This document shows positions 57,942 to 64,000 of a stretch of DNA of 64,000 bases, one piece after another. The stretch spans positions 1 through 64,000 of IMG/VR virus record IMGVR_UViG_3300042691_020932; one strand, 5' to 3'. Position 1 is the stretch's first letter. Every line of letters starts with the position of its first letter. The notes below the pieces were generated by a model. That model ran no database searches and was not told where the DNA came from. It saw only the letters and a program-made list of their open reading frames with translations. The stretch comes from a virus. The position numbers and the translations under genes were made by a program.

Positions 57942-58109
57942 TCAGCGAAGTGTCAGAGAGCGAGTATCAATCCAAACACCTTTATCAGTACCCATTCGGA
58001 AACTATGATCCCACACAAAGTGTGTCGCTTCCTGATTGGTAAGAATAAACTGTTTGCAGAGAATCTCTACTGCTTCAAAGATATTTGAGAATCGGAGAGT
58101 TGTAGACAT
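57942..58109 (-). CDS. Hypothetical protein
   Basis: MSTTLRFSNIFEAV...; first gene after copy 4. Confidence 0.65.
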   Translation of the reverse strand: MSTTLRFSNIFEAVEILCKQFILTNQEATHFVWDHSFRMGTDKGVWIDTRSLTLR

Positions 58110-58130
58110 TTTGGGAAGTCTGTAAGGGGT

Positions 58131-58159
58131 TATACTACTAGGACACTTTGGGTGGCCCA
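58131..58159 (-). repeat. 29-bp element, copy 4 (flank C)
   Basis: AGTTTCAAATGATTAG-TGGGCCACCCAAAGTGTCCTAGTAGTATA. Confidence 0.97.
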
Positions 58160-58306
58160 CTAATCATTTGAAACTAAAATCGTCGGACCTTCAACTTGAC
58201 AAAACTCCAACAGATAGTAATCAATAGTGATTCCAAGTTGTGATGCTTCAGTATAAAACTGTTGATATTGTTGACCGTCAAGAATAAAGAAATCAGTTTC
58301 AATCAT
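58160..58306 (-). CDS. Hypothetical protein
   Basis: MIETDFFILD...ASQLGITIDYYLLEF. Confidence 0.7.
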   Translation of the reverse strand: MIETDFFILDGQQYQQFYTEASQLGITIDYYLLEFCQVEGPTILVSND

Positions 58307-58451
58307 GGGGTGCGATAATGTCAGCGACAGTGTGTAATGTGGTTGAAGTTGTGTTACGAACTGCAGGAGAAAGTATAAACGCAACAGCAAAGATCAGGAG
58401 AATTGTCTTCACTTTGTCGGGTGACTTGAATGTTAGACTTTTGCGTGACAT
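58299..58451 (-). CDS. Small membrane-anchored protein (not in ORF track)
   Basis: MSRKSLTFKSPDKVKTILLIFAVAFILSPAVRNTTSTTLHTVADIIAPHD. Confidence 0.6.
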   Translation of the reverse strand: MSRKSLTFKSPDKVKTILLIFAVAFILSPAVRNTTSTTLHTVADIIAPHD

Positions 58452-58456
58452 TCAAA

Positions 58457-58672
58457 CTAAGATCCACCGTACACATATTCGATTACACCTGCCTCATCAA
58501 GTCCTACAGATTCGATGACAGTGAATCGTGCATAGTTATCAAACTCATCTGCATAGTAATCTCCAACCTCTTTGATAAACAACTCGCGGCATTGTTCTTT
58601 GTTCTCAGCAGCAATAACTACCATTCCAGAGGTATAATCAGAGAGGACATTGTTAATGATAAACAGTTTCAT
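58457..58672 (-). CDS. Hypothetical protein
   Basis: LSDYTSGMVVIAA...YVYGGS. Confidence 0.75.
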   Translation of the reverse strand: MKLFIINNVLSDYTSGMVVIAAENKEQCRELFIKEVGDYYADEFDNYARFTVIESVGLDEAGVIEYVYGGS

Positions 58673-58687
58673 GGTTTTAGTTAAGTT

Positions 58688-58918
58688 TCAGTCGAAGCGA
58701 GAGGATACATCAGGACCAGGATTCTCAAGGTGTGCAACACTATCAGCAACACCTTCAGCAGTTAGTGCAAATTGTACTTTTTTGCCTTCGTGATAGATGT
58801 CAAAGACAGATTGGACGTAAGGTGTTAGGTTGCCTTGCGAATCCCAGGCATTTCGTGTATGCGAAGTCTCAACGATTTCGTAGACTTTAGAGGTGAGAGG
58901 TGAAGTGTAGGTCATCAT
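58688..58918 (-). CDS. Hypothetical protein starting at the ATG of copy 5
   Basis: MMTYTSPLTSKVYEIV...; no internal Met alternative. Confidence 0.7.
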   Translation of the reverse strand: MMTYTSPLTSKVYEIVETSHTRNAWDSQGNLTPYVQSVFDIYHEGKKVQFALTAEGVADSVAHLENPGPDVSSRFD

Positions 58919-58944
58919 ACTACTAGGACACTTTGGGGGGCCCA
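58916..58944 (-). repeat. 29-bp element, copy 5 (flank A)
   Basis: AACAAATAG-TGGGCCCCCCAAAGTGTCCTAGTAGTATG. Confidence 0.97.
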
Positions 58945-59205
58945 CTATTTGTTTCGGGTGGATTCAGTTGTTACACTCTCCACCAATTCTTGCAGTTCAT
59001 CGTCATCATAATAGTGCGACAGTTCTTCCATCAATTCACTCTCTTTATAGTCAATCATACTATCACAAATTGTGTCAATCGCAAATGCACACAAATCGCG
59101 CACATCCATATTGTCAACAACTCGCTCAGCATAGAGTTGAACGATCTTGGAAAGTTGGTCTTGAGAAAGTGTCATTTTGTTTGTAGGATTAGGAAGGGAA
59201 ATCAT
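58945..59205 (-). CDS. Hypothetical protein
   Basis: Y.ERVVDNMD..DL motif, acidic. Confidence 0.75.
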   Translation of the reverse strand: MISLPNPTNKMTLSQDQLSKIVQLYAERVVDNMDVRDLCAFAIDTICDSMIDYKESELMEELSHYYDDDELQELVESVTTESTRNK

Positions 59206-59426
59206 TGAATAACAGTGCTAGTATCAGGATTGAAAGTAACTTCGGAGATCACATCAAAATCATCACTCATCTTGACATAATTCCAGAGAGTGTCAGTCTC
59301 ATCATCCACATTTTCCTGATAAAGGTGAATGAAACCGTCATCACCTTGTTTTACATAACAACCATCATAATTCTCATCATCAAATACATAACCAGATGCA
59401 ATCAGTGCTTCAGTAAATGTCATCAT
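59202..59426 (-). CDS. Hypothetical protein, paralog of 57068-57274
   Basis: MTFTEALIASGY...H.YQE...W.Y.K. Confidence 0.75.
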   Translation of the reverse strand: MMTFTEALIASGYVFDDENYDGCYVKQGDDGFIHLYQENVDDETDTLWNYVKMSDDFDVISEVTFNPDTSTVIQ

Positions 59427-59557
59427 TTGCAGTAGTTAGGGTTAATTTGGCAGAACTGATCTGCTTGGCGTTCTTGATACTCACTGGTCGTTGCGTGTGC
59501 TATCAAACCAAAGCGAAGACCGAGTGCTAGAGTAGCAATCAAAAAAGCAATTCGCAT
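59423..59557 (-). CDS. Small secreted or membrane protein (not in ORF track)
   Basis: MRIAFLIATLALGLRFGLIAHATTSEYQERQADQFCQINPNYCK. Confidence 0.65.
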   Translation of the reverse strand: MRIAFLIATLALGLRFGLIAHATTSEYQERQADQFCQINPNYCK

Positions 59558-59703
59558 CAGACTTCATCCCTCATTTCGGTGAGTTTGTCATACAGAGCAG
59601 GAATATCTGTCTCTGTAAGTTCAGTCAAATAGCACCAATCGCTAGACTCAAGAACTGCAAGAAGAGTATCAATCTCTTCAAAAGTGAGAGTGGTTTGTGT
59701 CAT
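59557..59703 (-). CDS. Hypothetical protein (not in ORF track)
   Basis: MTQTTLTFEEIDTLLAVLESSDWCYLTELTETDIPALYDKLTEMRDEV. Confidence 0.65.
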   Translation of the reverse strand: MTQTTLTFEEIDTLLAVLESSDWCYLTELTETDIPALYDKLTEMRDEV

Positions 59704-59705
59704 AT

Positions 59706-59891
59706 TCAATCAACGACAGAGTAACAAGCAACCCAGGAAGGAATCCCAGAGAGTGATAACGAACCATTGCGGGCATCGCAATAGTCTTGTGCGTCATCTT
59801 CAGTGTAGAAAGGTCCAATATACTCGGGAGAATTGAGTGCATTGGAATCGAAGCGAACTGTGAATGTTTCAGTCATTGTGGTTTGTCTCAT
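59706..59891 (-). CDS. Hypothetical protein
   Basis: YIGPFYTEDDAQDYCD; in frame with the ATG of copy 6. Confidence 0.75.
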   Translation of the reverse strand: MRQTTMTETFTVRFDSNALNSPEYIGPFYTEDDAQDYCDARNGSLSLSGIPSWVACYSVVD

Positions 59892-59917
59892 ACTACTAGG
59901 ACACTTTGCAGGGCCCA
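59889..59917 (-). repeat. 29-bp element, copy 6 (flank B)
   Basis: TGATAAACAC-TGGGCCCTGCAAAGTGTCCTAGTAGTATG. Confidence 0.97.
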
Positions 59918-59924
59918 GTGTTTA

Positions 59925-60251
59925 TCAGTTACGCATCAGGGAAAGATAACCATCCTCGGAGAGAGTATCCTCAGACAGGTTGACATTGCGAGCACAAGAG
60001 ATTGCATCAGCAAAGTTATCGAAAGTACCAAAGTTTTTCTGATTACCACACCAGCAACCTTTGTACTCATAAATCATTGCTTCCACAGTAAATACATCGT
60101 TTTTGAAGTTACGATCTACACTGTGCTTGATATAAACTTTCCCGTCATTTCGGGTGTACTTATCGAAGATGGAAGACTTGAAAGTAAGAGTGAAATCAGT
60201 GATGAAATCACCAGTGAGATTGATGCTTTTTTGGAAGAGAGTTTCAGTCAT
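59925..60251 (-). CDS. Hypothetical protein (single-gene cassette)
   Basis: 108-aa ORF filling the interval between copies 7 and 6. Confidence 0.75.
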   Translation of the reverse strand: MTETLFQKSINLTGDFITDFTLTFKSSIFDKYTRNDGKVYIKHSVDRNFKNDVFTVEAMIYEYKGCWCGNQKNFGTFDNFADAISCARNVNLSEDTLSEDGYLSLMRN

Positions 60252-60275
60252 TTAGTGGTTTTTCGTTTGAGTCCT

Positions 60276-60304
60276 TATACTACTAGGACACTTTAGGTGG
60301 CCCA
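60276..60304 (-). repeat. 29-bp element, copy 7 (flank C)
   Basis: AGTTTCAAATGATTAG-TGGGCCACCTAAAGTGTCCTAGTAGTATA. Confidence 0.97.
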
Positions 60305-60308
60305 CTAA

Positions 60309-60452
60309 TCATTTGAAACTCACATTCACTCCAACAATTCTAGCAGTAGGATTGCGTACTTTTGCTGTCTCGCGTGCATCTTTTGGAGAGTTAGCATATA
60401 CTTCCTCCTTAAAGACTTTGCCACCAACGTAGAGATCAACGATGTACTTCAT
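60309..60452 (-). CDS. Conserved cyanophage-type small protein (not in ORF track)
   Basis: MKYIVDLYVGGKVFKEEVYANSPKDARETAKVRNPTARIVGVNVSFK. Confidence 0.8.
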   Translation of the reverse strand: MKYIVDLYVGGKVFKEEVYANSPKDARETAKVRNPTARIVGVNVSFK

Positions 60453-60589
60453 GTGCTTGTTTGTATTTTAGAAAAAATTGATGATTTCACTGCAGTGGAT
60501 GACCTTTGACCCGTGTGCAGTGAAATTGCAGAAAAATCAGGTTTTTGGTTGAGTGGTGGACTGGGTTCTCGGTGAGACTCAAGTGAGAA

Positions 60590-60784
60590 TCACAGGGTCT
60601 GCCAGTCTTGTGCCTCTTTCAAGTTAGAGTTAAAGAACTTTTGCAAGATAGACTCAATTACAGGTTGCCACTGTTTGTCTTTAATTGAGTCACGATTCTG
60701 TGCTTCGACAAGAAACTTAAGGATGCAAGTCTCTTCGTTTGGAGTGAAGTCAACGCGAGTGAAAGTGTAACCGTCAGTCATCAT
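60590..60784 (-). CDS. Hypothetical protein
   Basis: 64 aa; coupled to the upstream ORF. Confidence 0.7.
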   Translation of the reverse strand: MMTDGYTFTRVDFTPNEETCILKFLVEAQNRDSIKDKQWQPVIESILQKFFNSNLKEAQDWQTL

Positions 60785-61014
60785 TTAATCCAGCAACTTT
60801 TGTTTGATTTGTTTTGTGCTCTTGCAAAAGAACCAGCATCGTGGCATAATTTAGAGAGTTTAATTAGAACCTCACGATCTTTCACTGGACGCTCAAATGC
60901 AAGATCATTGTTCATACTTAGAGAGACCAAATCTCTCAACAATCTTTCACATCGAAGTGCCTCATTGATTGTAAAGTTTTCGTTGATAATTGGGCGAAAG
61001 TTCTTCATAATCAA
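60781..61014 (-). CDS. Hypothetical protein
   Basis: 77 aa; 4-bp overlaps. Confidence 0.6.
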   Translation of the reverse strand: MIMKNFRPIINENFTINEALRCERLLRDLVSLSMNNDLAFERPVKDREVLIKLSKLCHDAGSFARAQNKSNKSCWIK

Positions 61015-61178
61015 ACAGGAAAAACTTCTACAGAACGAATAAGATTTGTGCGATCTTGTGCTAGGTAATCATCAGCGATTTTACCACACGATGAACGAGA
61101 TTGAATAATCTTTTCCTCATAAAGATTCTCATCTTCATCAGGAACCCAATACTCAATCAGCATACGATAGGTTTTCAT
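61011..61178 (-). CDS. Hypothetical protein (not in ORF track)
   Basis: MKTYRMLIEYWVPDEDENLYEEKIIQSRSSCGKIADDYLAQDRTNLIRSVEVFPV. Confidence 0.65.
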   Translation of the reverse strand: MKTYRMLIEYWVPDEDENLYEEKIIQSRSSCGKIADDYLAQDRTNLIRSVEVFPV

Positions 61179-61426
61179 CAGTAGTGTGCCTCAGAGTAGT
61201 CAAGAACTTCGCTGTACTTAGCGATACCATCATAGCAACGCTTTGCCATTTCAGAATCACCTTCAGCGATGTAACCTTTCAGAAACTCAAAGCAGTATTT
61301 GATACGCTGCTCTGGAGTAACTTTAGCGAGTTGTTGTTGCTTACGCTCATAGGCAGCGTTGTAGGCAAACATCTCACGATCTTCGAGGGAGATGTTGTGA
61401 AACTTGCGGTCGGTAGTGTTATTCAT
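61178..61426 (-). CDS. Hypothetical protein starting at the ATG of copy 8
   Basis: MNNTTDRKFHNISLEDREMFAYN... Confidence 0.7.
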   Translation of the reverse strand: MNNTTDRKFHNISLEDREMFAYNAAYERKQQQLAKVTPEQRIKYCFEFLKGYIAEGDSEMAKRCYDGIAKYSEVLDYSEAHY

Positions 61427-61452
61427 ACTACTAGGACACTTTGCAGGGCCCA
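61424..61452 (-). repeat. 29-bp element, copy 8 (flank A)
   Basis: AACAAATAG-TGGGCCCTGCAAAGTGTCCTAGTAGTATG. Confidence 0.97.
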
Positions 61453-61459
61453 CTATTTG

Positions 61460-61714
61460 TTACCAGCGGCCTTGTTGTATGAGAATCTTTTTGATTTCAG
61501 TATAAATGAACTGACGAAGTTTAGTGTCGGCAGTGTTATCAAAAGCATAATAAAGACGATTCAAATACTCATTCTGTGTCAGTCCAATGTTACCATCACC
61601 ACCGATTTCATTGAGTGATGAACCTGCCTGCACACGATTCTTTCCAAAGTTGCCAGACACACGCCCAGTTGTTCTCAGTTTGGGCTTTATCTTTGAGAGA
61701 TTAGAGTATGTCAT
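61460..61714 (-). CDS. Conserved basic hypothetical protein
   Basis: SNLSKIKPKLRT.G.VSGNFG...YLNRLY. Confidence 0.8.
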   Translation of the reverse strand: MTYSNLSKIKPKLRTTGRVSGNFGKNRVQAGSSLNEIGGDGNIGLTQNEYLNRLYYAFDNTADTKLRQFIYTEIKKILIQQGRW

Positions 61715-61896
61715 TTGAATTGTTCTAGAACATCAATAAAGTGTTGGATACAATCTTTGGGGATGTGGATGGTTTGGTATCCAGGACCATTACCATCTTC
61801 CACACTCACAGTGCCATACTCATCAGCAGTAAAATCAAAACTCCAACCATCTTCTTCGTGTTCGATTTTGATGTGTTTGGTGATAGTGTAAGTCAT
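61711..61896 (-). CDS. Hypothetical protein
   Basis: 61 aa; IHIPKDCIQHFID. Confidence 0.7.
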   Translation of the reverse strand: MTYTITKHIKIEHEEDGWSFDFTADEYGTVSVEDGNGPGYQTIHIPKDCIQHFIDVLEQFK

Positions 61897-62066
61897 TCAT
61901 CCTCCTCATAAGGAAACATTTCGTCGTATTCTTCGTCAGTTAGAGTGAGATACTGAACATCAGCATTTTTGTGCTCTTCAGCATACACTAATTGATAGTG
62001 TGCGAAAGAAGATGGGTCACTGCTAGCATACTCTACCAGACCATCAACAATACAAAGGTAGTTCAT
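61893..62066 (-). CDS. Hypothetical protein (not in ORF track)
   Basis: MNYLCIVDGLVEYASSDPSSFAHYQLVYAEEHKNADVQYLTLTDEEYDEMFPYEEDE. Confidence 0.65.
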   Translation of the reverse strand: MNYLCIVDGLVEYASSDPSSFAHYQLVYAEEHKNADVQYLTLTDEEYDEMFPYEEDE

Positions 62067-62293
62067 CGTGCCAAAGATAAGTTGTATTTGATAATCAAAA
62101 GGTCTCGCACTTGTTCTCGGTCGATACTATCACCACAGAACGGCACTTCTTTAATCTTTGCAATCCTGATAATGTCGTTGGTTGCTTTACGAACTAGAGT
62201 ACGATTTGCACCCATCGGATATAATCCATCAGGACCATAGAACGACATCACATAATCAATGAAATCGTTAATAAACTCTTTAGACATAATCAC
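62063..62293 (-). CDS. Conserved phage hypothetical protein
   Basis: FIDYVMSFYGPDGLYPM...FCGDSIDREQVRD. Confidence 0.8.
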   Translation of the reverse strand: MIMSKEFINDFIDYVMSFYGPDGLYPMGANRTLVRKATNDIIRIAKIKEVPFCGDSIDREQVRDLLIIKYNLSLAR

Positions 62294-62724
62294 TTAGCGT
62301 AGAGATAACCACCAGACCAATCGGCATTCTCCAGCAGATATTCACGATCTTTGATCAATCGCAGATCATAACGAACACCTTTGGCAGGAGATTTCCAAGT
62401 CGCAGACTTATATACTTCGCCAGTGTTCTTGTCAATGAAGCAATGAACGGAGCGGGAACCGCCACCACTCACAAAGATGACTTTGTGATACTTTTTACCA
62501 GTCTCAACAGTATAATCAATGTCACACTTGCCAGACTTGAGTTCATCAACCTTGCGAATGTGATACTCTACATTCTCACCACGCTCAGCAGAAGTCTGAT
62601 GACCGCGAATAGAATACTGACGATAGTTGTCTTTCAGTGCTTCAATCAGCAGGAGAGTGTGCTTATACACATTCTCTGCGATGGTTTGTTTTGCTTGTGC
62701 TTGCATTTCAGTGGTTGTACTCAT
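62290..62724 (-). CDS. Conserved phage hypothetical protein
   Basis: GKKYHKV...SVHCFIDKNTGEVYKSATWKSPAKGVRY...ADWSGGYLY. Confidence 0.85.
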   Translation of the reverse strand: MSTTTEMQAQAKQTIAENVYKHTLLLIEALKDNYRQYSIRGHQTSAERGENVEYHIRKVDELKSGKCDIDYTVETGKKYHKVIFVSGGGSRSVHCFIDKNTGEVYKSATWKSPAKGVRYDLRLIKDREYLLENADWSGGYLYAK

Positions 62725-62750
62725 ACTACTAGGACACTTTGCAGGGCCCA
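62722..62750 (-). repeat. 29-bp element, copy 9
   Basis: TGGGCCCTGCAAAGTGTCCTAGTAGTATG. Confidence 0.97.
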
Positions 62751-62751
62751 A

Positions 62752-63666
62752 TTACCAACTCTTTGCCATTGTGAAGTTTGCGTGAGAGAATGTCTCGCGA
62801 TCCACTACTTTGAAGATGCCGTAATCGTTTTTGATTACATAACCCTCGTGGAAACTTGCCACATCCCACAGGAAACATTCGATGTCGTCTTCTTCGTGAA
62901 TGAAGAGGAACAAATCATCCTTGATTGTCTTCACCAACTTCCAAAGCCGGATGAGGTTCTTGTCACAATCACATTTTTCTGCAATTTCATCCTCACAGAT
63001 GATACGTTGCTCCCTGATGCAAGCATTGATCTCTTTTTTGATTTGTGATGCCTTGCGATCACTCACAAACTCACACAGAGTTGACATTTGCTTGGCAAAC
63101 TTACACACATCTGCCAAATCCTCACGATAAGGATTCAGGGACACTGCAGGTTGCACGAATAAGCATTTCTTAGTGCTTGCAAACTTGCTGGTGATAGGGT
63201 GTGCTACCATTTCAGGCAGACGCTCACCAGTGTAGTAAGTATGGGGAGCAACGATAATCTCTTGACGAACAACCTCAGGAAACTTATAGGTAATGGTGTT
63301 GGGTTTGAATGTATCAAGACCCTTACCGAAACCAATCCAATCTCCCTGATACACATTGTTAGTGCGAGGCAGGAAATCCAAGCAATAGATGAGGATTTGC
63401 GTTACGCGAGGTTGACCGCCAAAATGGGTAAAGATGTCGTCCTCGTTATAGCACAGGCGAATCTTTTGCTTATTAAATGCTGCTTTGGTGCAGACAAAAA
63501 ACTTACCATTCTCAGGATTAGTGCCCCAAACAATAGCAGGAGCGCCATCCATCTTGACACTGATAGTAGAATCAGCACTGAACCAATCGAGCACCGAAAG
63601 ATCACCATTTAGGATAGAATCTTCGGGATGTTCGATATGTTTGTTTTGCATTGGTTGCTTACTCAT
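62752..63666 (-). CDS. DUF6267-like protein with ligase-type nucleotidyltransferase motifs
   Basis: HIEHPED, KMDGAP (motif I KxDG), YQGD, HEGYV (motif IV), FKVVDR (motif V). Confidence 0.7.
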   Translation of the reverse strand: MSKQPMQNKHIEHPEDSILNGDLSVLDWFSADSTISVKMDGAPAIVWGTNPENGKFFVCTKAAFNKQKIRLCYNEDDIFTHFGGQPRVTQILIYCLDFLPRTNNVYQGDWIGFGKGLDTFKPNTITYKFPEVVRQEIIVAPHTYYTGERLPEMVAHPITSKFASTKKCLFVQPAVSLNPYREDLADVCKFAKQMSTLCEFVSDRKASQIKKEINACIREQRIICEDEIAEKCDCDKNLIRLWKLVKTIKDDLFLFIHEEDDIECFLWDVASFHEGYVIKNDYGIFKVVDRETFSHANFTMAKSW

Positions 63667-63692
63667 ACTACTAGGACACTTTGCAGGGCCCA
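63664..63692 (-). repeat. 29-bp element, copy 10
   Basis: TGGGCCCTGCAAAGTGTCCTAGTAGTATG. Confidence 0.97.
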
Positions 63693-63695
63693 GAA

Positions 63696-63899
63696 TCAAA
63701 CCTCTGCCAGTTTCTGTAGACGATTGCGAATATCAAAGAGTTCCATATCATCCATATCTACAGCATCCAAATCTACAGGAGCAAACTCCTCCAGATTTAC
63801 ACTACCATCAGAATAAATGGGGGCATAGTACAACTCATCGCCATCTTCTTGCGATAGAGTATAAACGCAACCGTGATTAGTGGAAGTAACGAAAATCAT
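63696..63899 (-). CDS. Hypothetical acidic protein
   Basis: MIFVTSTNHGCVYTLSQEDGDELYYAPI... Confidence 0.7.
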   Translation of the reverse strand: MIFVTSTNHGCVYTLSQEDGDELYYAPIYSDGSVNLEEFAPVDLDAVDMDDMELFDIRNRLQKLAEV

Positions 63900-63925
63900 T
63901 GGAGTTTCAAGAACAAAGGTACAAT

Positions 63926-63957
63926 AAAGGAGCACCTGCTAAATTACAAGTGCTCCT
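63926..63957 (-). terminator. Hairpin, possible weak terminator or RNA-stability element
   Basis: AGGAGCAC...GTGCTCCT arms; short U-tract. Confidence 0.45.
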
Positions 63958-64000
63958 GTGCTAATTATCAAACTGCTACACGACGTGCAGACAGTTGTTG

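Noticed and set aside
54523-63692. 29-bp repeats as a CRISPR array
   Set aside because: The intervals are about 0.4-2.2 kb and contain intact genes. No cas genes are present.
54523-63692. Element as a sigma54 (-24/-12) promoter
   Set aside because: GG falls near -24 but the TTGC -12 motif is absent, and cyanobacteria lack sigma54.
56433-63699. Shared N-terminal peptide MG(P/H)(A/P)KCPSS in several ORF-track proteins as a targeting signal
   Set aside because: It is the DNA repeat translated from an upstream GTG or TTG. It is absent where the flank lacks such a codon, so it is treated as over-extension of the ORF calls.

Overview
A 64-kb segment of a T4-like myovirus with cyanophage-type (Kyanoviridae-like) gene content, coded almost entirely on the minus strand. 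From left to right it holds recombination and late-transcription genes (gp46 partial, gp47, gp55, uvsW, uvsY), the head/tail module (gp3, 23, 22, 21, 67-like, 20, 19, 18, 17, 16, 15, 14, 13) and the baseplate module (a VrlC/DUF4815-like protein split into three genes, gp8, a fibre-like protein, a 4028-aa gp7, gp6, gp25). After about 53.6 kb there is a regulatory hub and a dense early-type region of about 40 tiny ORFs. The most unusual feature is in 54.5-63.7 kb. Ten copies of a 29-bp dyad-symmetric element (TGGGCCnnnnAAAGTGTCCTAGTAGTATR) divide the small genes into cassettes. The element's last three bases are in frame with the next gene in 9 of 10 copies. Its upstream flanks cycle A-B-C-A-B-C-A while its core varies independently, which points to a cassette-shuffling system and/or a non-sigma70 leaderless promoter class. 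Other highlights: a late promoter inside a perfect 17-bp hairpin in front of an RHH-like gene, a missed NblA-like ORF, a polyglycine structural protein with a split S74 chaperone at a UUU_UAA site, antisense sigma70 promoters, and an RNA-ligase-like early gene. All product calls come from recognising motifs and gene order. No database searches were run.
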